DNA of 51,348 nt from NCBI GenBank assembly GCA_013166775.1, contig JABLTJ010000026.1:1-51348 (forward strand). Reading direction: 5' to 3'. The stretch's first letter is position 1. Each line of letters begins with the position of its first letter. Below are positions 27,575-37,158 of this stretch, piece by piece. The notes beneath the pieces were generated by a model that saw only the letters and a list, made by a program, of their open reading frames with translations, was not told where the DNA came from and did no database searches. Both the position numbers and the translations under genes were made by a program. The DNA comes from Promethearchaeati archaeon (GTDB taxonomy: Archaea > Asgardarchaeota > Heimdallarchaeia > Heimdallarchaeales > Heimdallarchaeaceae).

Positions 27575-28189
27575 TTGACTACTGAGGATTTTAATTTTGA
27601 AACACTTACTGCACCGTGTCCTGTTTGTAGAAGTGATAACACAAAGGTTACCCAGAAGATAGTGAATCTTCCTCATTTTCCTCAGTTATGGTTATTTAAT
27701 CTATTATGTAATGATTGCAACTATAAACACAATGATTTTCTCAACCTTTCAGTAAAAGAACCTATAAAATACATCTACCATGCAGAAAACAAGGATGATT
27801 ATACTACAAAGATAGTAAGAGCAGCAAATGGAACTCTAAGATTTCCACAAATCGGTGCAATAATCGAACCTGGACCAAGCGCTAATGGCTTCATAAGCAA
27901 CATTGAAGGGATTCTTAGAGACATTCAACAAAAAGCTCAGCATTTGCTTAGGGATGCAACTAAAAAGGAGGAGATTAAAAGAATAGGAAATTACATTAAA
28001 CTTTTGGATGAATATATTGAACAAAATCATCCAATTGATATTGTTGTTGAAGATCCCTTTGGCAATTCATCAATAATACCATTTGATCCAGATAAACTAG
28101 AAACAATTCAATTAACCAAAGAAGAAGCTGAAAAGCTTAAAACAGGTTTCATGGTTTTTGAAGATGTAAAACAAAAAGAAGATGATTAA
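27575..28189 (+). CDS. ZPR1 zinc-finger domain protein
   Basis: 'CPVC...PHF...CNDCNYK', 'IEPGP...FISNIEGIL', 'EDPFGNS'. Confidence 0.93.
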   Translation: MTTEDFNFETLTAPCPVCRSDNTKVTQKIVNLPHFPQLWLFNLLCNDCNYKHNDFLNLSVKEPIKYIYHAENKDDYTTKIVRAANGTLRFPQIGAIIEPGPSANGFISNIEGILRDIQQKAQHLLRDATKKEEIKRIGNYIKLLDEYIEQNHPIDIVVEDPFGNSSIIPFDPDKLETIQLTKEEAEKLKTGFMVFEDVKQKEDD

Positions 28190-28222
28190 ACCTGTTTATT
28201 TTTACAAGAGGTCTTGTTTTTT

Positions 28223-30370
28223 TTATTCTATTTTATTGAGAGTTATCTTTACATCTAGAGCTGAAATCCCTTGATTTTCTTCATATACAAAAAAGGGATT
28301 GATATCCAGCTCTTTTATCTCATGGAAATCATTAACTAGAAGAGCTATTCGAAGTAATGTATCAATTACTGACTCTATATCTGAAGGTTTTTCTCCTCTT
28401 ACTCCCTTGAGTAATGAATACACCTTTGTTTGTTCAAGCATTTTTTCAGCTTCACGTTTTGTCAAGGGGGCAAGACCAAATGCAACATCCTTGAAAAAGT
28501 TCGCATATACTCCCCCCATACCAACCATCACTAATGAACCAAATTGTGGATCCTTCATGGAACCAACAATTAGTTCACGTCCCACGCTTTCCATTTTTTG
28601 GATATCTACTGCAAGTATCTGTGCATTTGGATGATGTTTTTTTGCATTTTCTATTATCTCAACATAGGTGTTAATAGCTTCCTCTTTGCTTTGAATTCCT
28701 AATTTTACTCCACCAATATCTGTTTTATGAACAATGTCGGGACTCGTGATTTTCATAACTATTGGGAAACCTATTTCTTCTGCAAAAATACCTGCCTCTT
28801 CTTTTGATCTAGCTAATCTGGTAGGGGGAGTTCGAATACCATACGCTACTGCTACTTCAATAGCTTCAGTTCCTAAGAGATTGAATCTCTTTTCTGACTT
28901 CACTTTGTCAAAGATCTTTCTCACTTTTTCTTTATCTCTAACTAGATTTGGTATGTCGTCGTCTAATGGTTTTTCTCGCTTTCTCGCATACTCGACTAGA
29001 GCTGCCATTGCCTTTACACCTCTTTCAGGATGGGGATAACAAGGTATCCTATGTTTCTTGAGAAAATATATACTTGGCCCCAATATTTCTCCACCGATAA
29101 AAATGCTAATAACGGGTTTATCTGGATACTTCTTTCTTATTTCAACTATTTTATCTGCTGTTTCTTGACCTTCAGTCATTGCTTGTGGTGTGAGTATAAC
29201 AATCACACCATCTACCTCCTCTTCTTTAAGAGCTAACTCTATTACTCTACCATAATCTTCAGCCTGTGCTGTTCCTAGAGCATCGATTGGATTGTTAAAA
29301 TTAGCTGCAGGCGGTAGAAATTCTCTTAATTGTTCTTTGAATTCAGACGAGAGGGTTGCTAATTTAAGACCATTCCTTTCAGCTTCATCGGTTGCCAATA
29401 TCCCAGGTCCTCCAGCATTTGTTATAATGGCTATTTTGTTTCCTTTAGGTATGGGCATATAACTGAAAGCAAACGCCATATCAAAGAGTTCTTGAGCATT
29501 GTCCGCTCGAATGACACCACATTTTTCGAATGCTACATCATAAGTGGTATCAGCTCCTGTCATACTACCAGTATGAGAAGAAGCTGCTTTTGATCCTGCC
29601 TCCGACCTACCTGATTTAATTACGATAACTGGCTTTCTTCTAGTGACTTCTTTACAAACTTCAATAAACTCTTTCCCTCTATTTATACTTTCAAGGTAAG
29701 CTAAAATTGCTAGAGTATGTTCATCATCAGCTAAAGCTTCAATGAAATCAGTTTCATCTAAATCTGCTTTATTTCCAAGAGACACAAAGCTTGAATATCC
29801 AATTCCTTCTGCTCTGCTCCAATCTAAAATTCCTGTAAGAAGTGCTCCACTTTGGCTAAGAAAAGCTATCTCACCTTTAATAGGGGAACGTTCAGCAAAG
29901 CTTGCATTCATAGGAGCTGAAGTATCTATTACACCGAGGATATTTGGTCCAACGATTCGTATTCCATATTTATTAGCAACATCTACAATTTGCTGTTCAA
30001 GTTTCGCTCCCTCGGTTCCGGTTTCTTTAAATCCTGCAGTTATTATCGCGGCGTATTTAACATCTTTTTTTCCAAGTTCATCCATCAATGAAGGTATAAA
30101 ACGAGCAGGAATACAAACTACTGCCAAATCTATAGTATCTGGTATTTCACTAATATTAGTGAAAACTTTAACTCCTTCTATTTCTCCATATTGTGCAGCT
30201 TTAGGATTTATAGCATATAATCTTCCTTTAAATCCACTATAAACCATGTTGCGCAGAACAGCATACCCAACTTTCTTTTTATCTGGGCTAGCACCAATGA
30301 TGGCAACGCTGTCAGGATGAAGAAGTTTTTCTAGTTTCTTTAAGGCCAGAATACCACCTAAAATGAGCAA
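28223..30370 (-). CDS. ADP-forming acetate/acyl-CoA ligase (fused alpha-beta ACD)
   Basis: 'AIIGAS', 'SQSGAL', 'SLGNKAD', phospho-His 'AASSHTGS', ATP-grasp 'HKTDIGGV', 'ELDINP'. Exact start uncertain. Confidence 0.92.
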   Translation of the reverse strand: MLILGGILALKKLEKLLHPDSVAIIGASPDKKKVGYAVLRNMVYSGFKGRLYAINPKAAQYGEIEGVKVFTNISEIPDTIDLAVVCIPARFIPSLMDELGKKDVKYAAIITAGFKETGTEGAKLEQQIVDVANKYGIRIVGPNILGVIDTSAPMNASFAERSPIKGEIAFLSQSGALLTGILDWSRAEGIGYSSFVSLGNKADLDETDFIEALADDEHTLAILAYLESINRGKEFIEVCKEVTRRKPVIVIKSGRSEAGSKAASSHTGSMTGADTTYDVAFEKCGVIRADNAQELFDMAFAFSYMPIPKGNKIAIITNAGGPGILATDEAERNGLKLATLSSEFKEQLREFLPPAANFNNPIDALGTAQAEDYGRVIELALKEEEVDGVIVILTPQAMTEGQETADKIVEIRKKYPDKPVISIFIGGEILGPSIYFLKKHRIPCYPHPERGVKAMAALVEYARKREKPLDDDIPNLVRDKEKVRKIFDKVKSEKRFNLLGTEAIEVAVAYGIRTPPTRLARSKEEAGIFAEEIGFPIVMKITSPDIVHKTDIGGVKLGIQSKEEAINTYVEIIENAKKHHPNAQILAVDIQKMESVGRELIVGSMKDPQFGSLVMVGMGGVYANFFKDVAFGLAPLTKREAEKMLEQTKVYSLLKGVRGEKPSDIESVIDTLLRIALLVNDFHEIKELDINPFFVYEENQGISALDVKITLNKIE

Positions 30371-30429
30371 ACTAGAATTAATTTAAGTTTGTCGTTAAGA
30401 AGTTCAGTTATTATTGGTCAATTAGCAAA

Positions 30430-31167
30430 TTACTCCCAAGATAATTTCTCCTCTTCAGAGAGATTCATTATCGCAAGCTTCTCTTCAATCATTTGTTGAC
30501 TTGCTAGTATCTGTGAGATTACTGCAAATAAATCCAGACCTTCTTCATAAATTGCTATCTTTCTATCAACTAAACTATCAGTGAGACCCCTAAGTTTTCC
30601 TTGCGGATATGCACCAAATATCAACAGAGGGTTCGTTGCACCATATACTAGTTCAGAATATTCAGAAGAAGTCATCTGTTCTCCCTTCACACTAAATTCA
30701 ATCACTAAATCGTGTTTACTTCGCAACTCATTTACAAGATTAGATAAAGAGGAATCTGACAAAGTCATTAATGGCTCCTGTGAATCAGGAGGAACCTGTT
30801 TTTCTTTGAAAAGTTGAATTAAAAGTCCATTAAATCGATCAATGTTTTTTGGGAGTCTAATATCAGGATGAAGATGTATTATCTTATTATGATATGTATG
30901 AATTATAACATTCAAACGATGATCTCGAGCTAATATAGAACCAAAACAAGACAATAATGCAAAATGTGAGATATCCGGTCTTCCTCTTTTCTCTGCATCT
31001 GGAAGTTTTTCTACTAAATGAGAATGATAACTCATGTCTAGTAACACTTCATCAGCTGATTTCTTCAATTTGGAAAGATATTGACGAGCTTGTATATCTT
31101 TGAGCAGTTCTTCTGGAAAAAGTTCGATTGCTGCTTCTGCTAGAAGAATTGTTAGAAATTTTGCCAT
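30430..31167 (-). CDS. nep1: Nep1/EMG1 16S rRNA pseudouridine methyltransferase
   Basis: 'EKRGRPDISH', 'IHT', 'RLPKNIDRFNGL', 'GAYPQG'. Confidence 0.92.
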   Translation of the reverse strand: MAKFLTILLAEAAIELFPEELLKDIQARQYLSKLKKSADEVLLDMSYHSHLVEKLPDAEKRGRPDISHFALLSCFGSILARDHRLNVIIHTYHNKIIHLHPDIRLPKNIDRFNGLLIQLFKEKQVPPDSQEPLMTLSDSSLSNLVNELRSKHDLVIEFSVKGEQMTSSEYSELVYGATNPLLIFGAYPQGKLRGLTDSLVDRKIAIYEEGLDLFAVISQILASQQMIEEKLAIMNLSEEEKLSWE

Positions 31168-31274
31168 AATTAACAATTATAACTCTTTACTCGGTTATTT
31201 TTCAACTTTACTAAACATGGAAAAAAAGAGATAAACCAAAATTGCTAAAAGGACTCATTGGAAAACGGGAAACA

Positions 31275-31979
31275 ATGAGAAAAAGCTTCCTTGTAGAATT
31301 CGACCTTCTTGAGTATCTGAAATCTCTTGATTTGCAGAAGAGACTAAGAGAAATAAAGGAAGAAAACAGAGAGTTTGATGATTTTCTGTTTGTTTTACAA
31401 CATAATCCAATTTTCACAATAGGAAGAAAAGGAAGTAGAGAAGATATTATAGTATCAGATAAAATCTTGGAAAAAGAAAACATCGATGTAGTAGAGGTAA
31501 AAAGGGGAGGAGAAGTAACTTATCATGGTCCAGGCCAATTGGTTGGATATCTCCATCTTAATCTATCAAGATTAGGAATAAGTGTAGATCAATTTGTTTG
31601 GAACATGGAAGAAATATTGATTGAATTATTAAAAGAATATAACATTGATGGATGGAGAATGGAAGGTTATCCTGGTGTATGGATTAATCATCAAGGAAGA
31701 AAGTGGAAACTTGCTGCTATAGGAGCTAGAGCTTCAAAAATGATAACATCACATGGTCTAGCATTAAATGTTAATACTAATATGGATCACTTTAGAATGA
31801 TAATTCCTTGTGGAATTACTGAATATGATCCAATATCAATGAAGCAGGTGCTAGGAAAGACTCTAGACATAAAGGAAATATACAAGATTTTTGAAGAGAA
31901 GTTTGAAAAGATTTTCAAGATAAGTTTAATTCAAATTAAAGAAGAAGAACTTGAAGAGATGATAAAAAACAATGCCTAG
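31275..31979 (+). CDS. lipB: Lipoyl(octanoyl) transferase LipB
   Basis: 'QHNPIFTIGR', 'RGGEVTYHGPGQLVGY', 'KLAAIG', 'HGLALNV', 'IIPCG'. Confidence 0.95.
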   Translation: MRKSFLVEFDLLEYLKSLDLQKRLREIKEENREFDDFLFVLQHNPIFTIGRKGSREDIIVSDKILEKENIDVVEVKRGGEVTYHGPGQLVGYLHLNLSRLGISVDQFVWNMEEILIELLKEYNIDGWRMEGYPGVWINHQGRKWKLAAIGARASKMITSHGLALNVNTNMDHFRMIIPCGITEYDPISMKQVLGKTLDIKEIYKIFEEKFEKIFKISLIQIKEEELEEMIKNNA

Positions 31980-32835
31980 AATACGAAAACCCGAATGGTT
32001 AAGAATTGGTAGCATGGATAGAGACAAAATAAGAGAGGTTCAACAAATACTAAGAAAGTTGAATCTTCATACAGTTTGCGAAGAGTCTATGTGTCCAAAT
32101 ATAAGTAAATGTTTTGAGAAAAAGACAGCAACTTTCTTAGTTATGGGGGGAATTTGTACAAGGAATTGTAAGTTCTGTGATATAAAGTTTGGAAAACCCT
32201 TGCCATTGGATCCGCTAGAACCAGACCATATAGTTGAAGCAACGAAAAAATTAGGTTTAAGGCATGTAGTTATAACATCAGTTACAAGAGATGATCTGCC
32301 AGATGGTGGCGCTGCTCATTTCGCAGAAATTACTGAAAAATTGAGAGATTATAATAAAGACATAATAATCGAATTACTGATACCGGATTTAAAAGGAAAT
32401 GAAGAGCATATAAGAATCGTCGTGGAATCAAAGCCTGATATAATCAACCATAATATTGAAGTGATTCCAAGATTGTTCAGAAAAGTAACACCACAAGCAA
32501 ATTATGAAAAATCTTTGAAACTACTAAAAGTAGTAAAAGAGATGAATCCTGAGATACATACAAAATCAGGATTGATGGTAGGATTAGGAGAAAACAAGGA
32601 AGAAGTGTTTGAATTGTTAAAGGATTTAAAAGAAACTGAATGTGATATTTTAACAATTGGTCAATATTTGAAACCTCCAAGTTCAGACTTAGAAATAGAA
32701 GAATACGTTCATCCTAATGTATTCAAAGAATACGAAGCAAAAGCTTATGAGATGGGTTTTAAATTCGTAGCTTCAGCACCATTTGTTAGAAGTTCTTTCA
32801 ATGCAGAAGAAGCAGATTTCTTACTAGAAGGTTGA
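31972..32835 (+). CDS. lipA: Lipoyl synthase LipA
   Basis: 'TVCEESMCPNISKC', radical SAM 'CTRNCKFC', 'TSVTRDDL', 'RSSF'. Confidence 0.96.
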   Translation: MPRIRKPEWLRIGSMDRDKIREVQQILRKLNLHTVCEESMCPNISKCFEKKTATFLVMGGICTRNCKFCDIKFGKPLPLDPLEPDHIVEATKKLGLRHVVITSVTRDDLPDGGAAHFAEITEKLRDYNKDIIIELLIPDLKGNEEHIRIVVESKPDIINHNIEVIPRLFRKVTPQANYEKSLKLLKVVKEMNPEIHTKSGLMVGLGENKEEVFELLKDLKETECDILTIGQYLKPPSSDLEIEEYVHPNVFKEYEAKAYEMGFKFVASAPFVRSSFNAEEADFLLEG

Positions 32836-32897
32836 AAAACTTTTGGAAGAGAAGAAAAAACTTAAAAAAACGAGTGTAAGGGATTATAAGTAGAAAA

Positions 32898-33029
32898 GGG
32901 GCACTAGCTCAGCCTGGTTAGAAGTTCAATGGTTGCGTACCATTTTACTAGCAAGCGTCTGGCTCATACCTAGAGCCTTTCTGGTGGGAAACCAGATGGT
33001 CGGTGGTTCAAATCCGCCGTGCCCCACCA
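32898..33029 (+). tRNA. tRNA with CAT anticodon (probably Ile2, possibly elongator Met) with two introns: 32923..32954 (D-arm, 23/24) and 32969..32990 (37/38)
   Basis: Removing both gives a clean 78-nt cloverleaf GGGGCAC...TCTGG-CT CAT AA-CCAGA...GTGCCCC ACCA. Both introns form BHB helices (GUUA/UAGC; CUCA/UGGG). Confidence 0.9.
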
Positions 33030-33101
33030 AAATTTGTTCTGACCGTAAGTTTTTATTATATAGCGTTACATTGTAGTTACTTGTCAAATAGGTGTATTAA
33101 T

Positions 33102-34037
33102 TTGGATTCAGCGTTTCAACAAATTGTTGAGGATATCCGAACCTTACGAATTCAGGGAGCTACAAATATAGCTATTGAGGGAGTGAAAGCTTTTGCATCA
33201 CTAGCTACCCGTCTTGAGGTTTCCTCATTGGATAATCTCTTTGAAGAATTGGGGAAAGCTAGATATGTTTTAGCAACAGCTAGAGCTACTGAACCCGCTT
33301 TACGAAATGGTTTGCGATACATTGTTTATAATCTACAGGAGAAAGCCAATACTGTCCAAGAAGCTAAGGAAATCGCTAATTCCTTTACACAAGAATATGT
33401 AAATCTGTTAAAGGAATCTAAACAGAAAGTTATTTCCTATGGTGCCCATAGAATTAAACCAGGAAGTACTATCATGACTCATTGTCATTCTTCATTATCT
33501 ACGGGAGTAATTCTAGAAGCACATAAACAGGATAAAGATATACGAGTATTTTGTACTGAAACTCGTCCTCTATATCAAGGTCGAATTACTGCTAAAAAAT
33601 TGGTTGAAGCAGGAGTAACAACTACACAAGTTGTTGATAGTGCGATGAGATGGGTTTTGAATAGACACGATGTGGATATCATAATAACAGGAGCAGATGC
33701 TATTACCAGTCAAGGTACAGTCATCAATAAAATAGGAACACGTCTTTTAGCTTTAGCTGCTAAAGAAATGGATATACCATTCTATACAGCAATTAATCTC
33801 CTAAAATATGATCCTGAAACAAGTATTGGAAAGCTATCGGAAATCGAAATGAGATCTGGATCAGAGATTTGGGAAAATCCTCCAGAAGGATTGAACTTTC
33901 TGAATCCTGCATTTGAAACAGTTTCTCATGATTTAATAGATGGAATCATTACTGAAGCAGGAGTGTTTTCACCTTCAGTAGTTTACATGATAATCAAAGA
34001 AAGGTATCCATTTATGATAATTAGCGAGGGTACCTAG
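33102..34037 (+). CDS. Ribose-1,5-bisphosphate isomerase (eIF2B-like)
   Basis: 'IQGATNIA', 'RATEPALRN', 'MTHCHSS', 'TETRPLYQG', 'GADAI...NKIGT'. TTG start after GGTG SD; the longer ORF overlaps the tRNA. Confidence 0.92.
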   Translation: MDSAFQQIVEDIRTLRIQGATNIAIEGVKAFASLATRLEVSSLDNLFEELGKARYVLATARATEPALRNGLRYIVYNLQEKANTVQEAKEIANSFTQEYVNLLKESKQKVISYGAHRIKPGSTIMTHCHSSLSTGVILEAHKQDKDIRVFCTETRPLYQGRITAKKLVEAGVTTTQVVDSAMRWVLNRHDVDIIITGADAITSQGTVINKIGTRLLALAAKEMDIPFYTAINLLKYDPETSIGKLSEIEMRSGSEIWENPPEGLNFLNPAFETVSHDLIDGIITEAGVFSPSVVYMIIKERYPFMIISEGT

Positions 34038-34066
34038 AACAATTTATGATTAATATGGTGATATAA

Positions 34067-35323
34067 ATGAAAGATAAATATAAAGAATTATTAGTTGCTC
34101 GTTATTACGTCGAGCACGTCAAGTCAGTCGAAAAGGCTGCAGAAGAAATATGCGATGAAGAAAGTGTTGGTACATGGACCAAGCTTACTACTATCGAAAA
34201 CACAGAAATCGATATTATTCCTCGACTTCGAGCTGAAATTCTGGACACCAAAGTTCACGGTGACCATGATGGATATCAAAGCGGAGAAGTATTAATCGGT
34301 TTTAAAACAGAAACCTTTGATACAGAAGCAGGAATTACAAGTATTCTATCAATGCTAGCTGGCAACCTTTTTGGTTTAGGTGCTCTTCGAAACATACGAT
34401 GGAAGGATGTGGATTTTCCACGAAGCATTGCTGAAAACTTCCCAGGACCAAAATTTGGTGTAGATGGAGTACGTAAAATCTTAGGAACAGACAAAGGAGA
34501 ATTCCCAAATCGTCCCCATATTGGAACAATAGTCAAACCAAAAATGGGATTAACAGCAAAAGAGTGGGCACAAGTAGCTTATGAAGCTGCAATAGGTGGT
34601 GTGGATTTTATTAAAGATGATGAAAATCTTAGCAATCAGCCTTTTTGTCCAATATCTGATAGAACTGTTGCAGTATTAGAAAAAATGGATCAAGTGAAAG
34701 AGGAAACAGGAAGAACTGTAATTCATGCAGTAAACGTAACAGCTAAACATGATGTCATGTGGAGAAGGGTAGAAGAAGCTTTAGACAATGGGGCAAAATG
34801 TCTTATGATTGATGTTATACTTACTGGATTTCAAGAATTAGCTCAAATGGCAGCTGATCCTAGTGTTAAAGTCCCTATTCATGTTCATAGAACTATGCAT
34901 GCTGCTTTTACCCGCAATCAAAGACATGGTATTTCTATGTTGCCAATTGCAAAGATAATCCGTATGGTTGGTGGGGATCAACTTCACATAGGATCATATG
35001 GTCAAGGTAAAATGGATACAGAATTAGATCTTGAGCTTCAAATTAAAAATGCTATGCTTAATCCCATGTATGAATTTAAGCAAACATTCCCTGTTGCATC
35101 TGGAGGTCTATATCCTGCTAAAATACCTAATTTGGTAAAATATGGGGGTAATAACGTCATAATTCAAGCTGGAGGAGGAATTCACGGACATCCTGATGGT
35201 ACAAGAAAAGGTGCAATGGCAATGAGACAAGCACTGGATGCTACGCTTAAGGAGATTTCCTTAGAAGAGTACGCTAAAGAACATGTAGAGCTTGCAAGAG
35301 CTCTTGAGAAATGGGGAAATTAA
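34067..35323 (+). CDS. rbcL: Form III-type ribulose-1,5-bisphosphate carboxylase
   Basis: 'ESVGTW', 'GTIVKPK', 'GVDFIKDDE', 'HVHR', loop-6 'GKM', 'SGG', 'GGGIHGHP'; directly downstream of R15P isomerase. Confidence 0.92.
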   Translation: MKDKYKELLVARYYVEHVKSVEKAAEEICDEESVGTWTKLTTIENTEIDIIPRLRAEILDTKVHGDHDGYQSGEVLIGFKTETFDTEAGITSILSMLAGNLFGLGALRNIRWKDVDFPRSIAENFPGPKFGVDGVRKILGTDKGEFPNRPHIGTIVKPKMGLTAKEWAQVAYEAAIGGVDFIKDDENLSNQPFCPISDRTVAVLEKMDQVKEETGRTVIHAVNVTAKHDVMWRRVEEALDNGAKCLMIDVILTGFQELAQMAADPSVKVPIHVHRTMHAAFTRNQRHGISMLPIAKIIRMVGGDQLHIGSYGQGKMDTELDLELQIKNAMLNPMYEFKQTFPVASGGLYPAKIPNLVKYGGNNVIIQAGGGIHGHPDGTRKGAMAMRQALDATLKEISLEEYAKEHVELARALEKWGN

Positions 35324-35396
35324 ACTCTCTAATTTCCTTTTTTATATATAATTTTCCAAAAAACCTTAAGAGAAAGAAAGCCGTAGAGTAAAAATT

Positions 35397-36184
35397 ATGC
35401 CAGAAAATAACTATGTAGAAGTAAATGGCTTAAACATGTTTTACATTGAAAAGGGAAAAGGTCACCCATTAGTGCTTCTTCACGGAGGAATTGTAACAGC
35501 AGAAGTTAATTGGCCGAAACAAATGGAATTCTTCTCTAATCACTTCAGAGTTATTGCAGTCGACTCCAGAGGTCATGGAAGAACGAATAACCCCTCTGAA
35601 GAGTTCAGCTACAAGCTTATGGCTGACGATATTGCAGCTCTAATTCAAACTTTGAATTTGGAAAAACCCTTTGTGTGCGGCTGGAGCGATGGAGGTCAAA
35701 TAGTTTTGGAAATTGGTATAAACTACCCTGACTTATCAAAAGCTCTCGTTGCAGGAGGAGTGTTAAGTGAAATTACTGATCACTATTCTTCAGCAATGAA
35801 AATCTGGGGGATAGAAGGACCAGGAAAAGTCGACTTTGAGAAAAGTAGAGAGGTAATACCACAGTTTGTTGATGCATTACCAGAAATGCATTCACCAGTT
35901 TATGGCTCTGAATATTGGAAAAAACTTCTTCACGATATTTCAAAAATGTGGCTAGACCGTCACATTTTCCTGAAAAGAGAATTGAGCAAATTAACACACC
36001 TATCTTAGTGATTGCTGGTGATCGAGATGCAGTATCTTCTATTGATGAATGTGTGAAAATGTACAAGTTAATTCCAAATGCGGAACTTGCCATTATTCCA
36101 AATGCCAATCATGACGTCTACGAAACTAAACCAGACTTGTTTAACAATATTGTGCTGGAATATTTATTGAGATATATGGAATAG
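35397..36184 (+). pseudogene. Alpha/beta hydrolase with a frameshift near 35960 (or a sequence error)
   Basis: 'LLHGG', 'GWSDGG' nucleophile in the first ORF; 'AGDRD...ANH' acid/His in the second frame; one extra C in 'gaccgtca' joins them. Confidence 0.8.
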
Positions 36185-36191
36185 ATAAGGT

Positions 36192-36647
36192 TCAGATTAT
36201 ATATTCTATAACCGGTGGATCCATTTCAAGCAATCTGAAGTATATACTTAGTTGTCCTCTATGATGAAGACTATGTTCCAACACCTCTTGAAGAATTTCT
36301 GCTTTTGTCGCAGGTCTACTAAAGTAAAGCACTTCTTCAGTAAGCATTGAATTTGTTATCTGTTCTAAAAGAAAAACAGCTTTTGATGTTACTCTATTGT
36401 ATAACTCCTTGATAGCCTTTTCATTTCCATATTCAACTAGATTATAAGCAAGAGGCTTCCATTCATTTTTTACAATGCCTGTTGAATAGAACTCAATTGA
36501 TCTTATCATGTGTAGTACGATTTCACCCAAAGATCTACCATCCATCAAAGGTTTCTGAAGAATTATTTCATCGTTCAACTTGTCAATGAAAGATTGAGTT
36601 TCCTCAAAGTGTCTTATAATCAGTTTGTGAAATACTTTTACGTTCAT
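36192..36647 (-). CDS. DinB/YfiT family protein
   Basis: 'RSLGEIVLHM' and 'EHSLHHRGQL' His triad. Confidence 0.88.
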   Translation of the reverse strand: MNVKVFHKLIIRHFEETQSFIDKLNDEIILQKPLMDGRSLGEIVLHMIRSIEFYSTGIVKNEWKPLAYNLVEYGNEKAIKELYNRVTSKAVFLLEQITNSMLTEEVLYFSRPATKAEILQEVLEHSLHHRGQLSIYFRLLEMDPPVIEYII

Positions 36648-36764
36648 CTTTATTCTCTAGCTAATAGTTCCTTTCTTATTTAATTAAATTTCTATCTTTC
36701 AAGTCTTATATCTCATAAACGGAAAGATTAAAAATCAAAAGTTAAAATTGAAGTGTAGTTACAT

Positions 36765-36838
36765 ACGCCAATAGTCTAGTGGTAGGACTTCAGCCTTCCA
36801 AGCTGGAAACCCGGGTTCGAATCCCGGTTGGCGTACCA
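36765..36838 (+). tRNA. tRNA-Gly(TCC)
   Basis: ACGCCAA/TTGGCGT acceptor; TCAGC-CT TCC AA-GCTGG; CCA. Confidence 0.95.
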
Positions 36839-36846
36839 ATTCATCC

Positions 36847-36921
36847 GCACGTGTAGTCTAGTTGGTAGGACTCGGCCCTGCCACGGCTGGAACCCGGGTT
36901 CGAATCCCGGCGCGTGCACCA
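36847..36921 (+). tRNA. tRNA-Gly(GCC)
   Basis: GCACGTG/CGCGTGC acceptor; CGGCC-CT GCC AC-GGCTG; CCA; 8 nt after tRNA-Gly(TCC). Confidence 0.95.
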
Positions 36922-37158
36922 AATTATTCTTCTCTTATTCAAACAATAATTAAAGCAAAGTATAATCCATGTATTATTTTTGTATTATGTTCGTACTAGT
37001 GATACAGATTAAGTGCTTTAAGAATGAGTTTAGAGCTGCCATAACAAAGAAATAAACTTTCTCTCAAAAGTATACTAAAAGCTTAATGTAATACGGGAGA
37101 GTCTTCTCGGTCATATTTGTTTTGTTATTTTACTTTTCAAAAGCTTCATTGAAAGCAG

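Noticed and set aside
28299-30242. Several plus-strand ORFs
   Set aside because: Antisense to the conserved acyl-CoA ligase.
34067-35323. Calvin-cycle autotrophy
   Set aside because: No phosphoribulokinase or small subunit in the window; pairing with R15P isomerase indicates nucleoside salvage.
35915-36008. Programmed frameshift in the alpha/beta hydrolase
   Set aside because: No slippery sequence. A single C missing from a short run is better explained by mutation or sequencing error; similar single G/C losses occur in the eutA relic.
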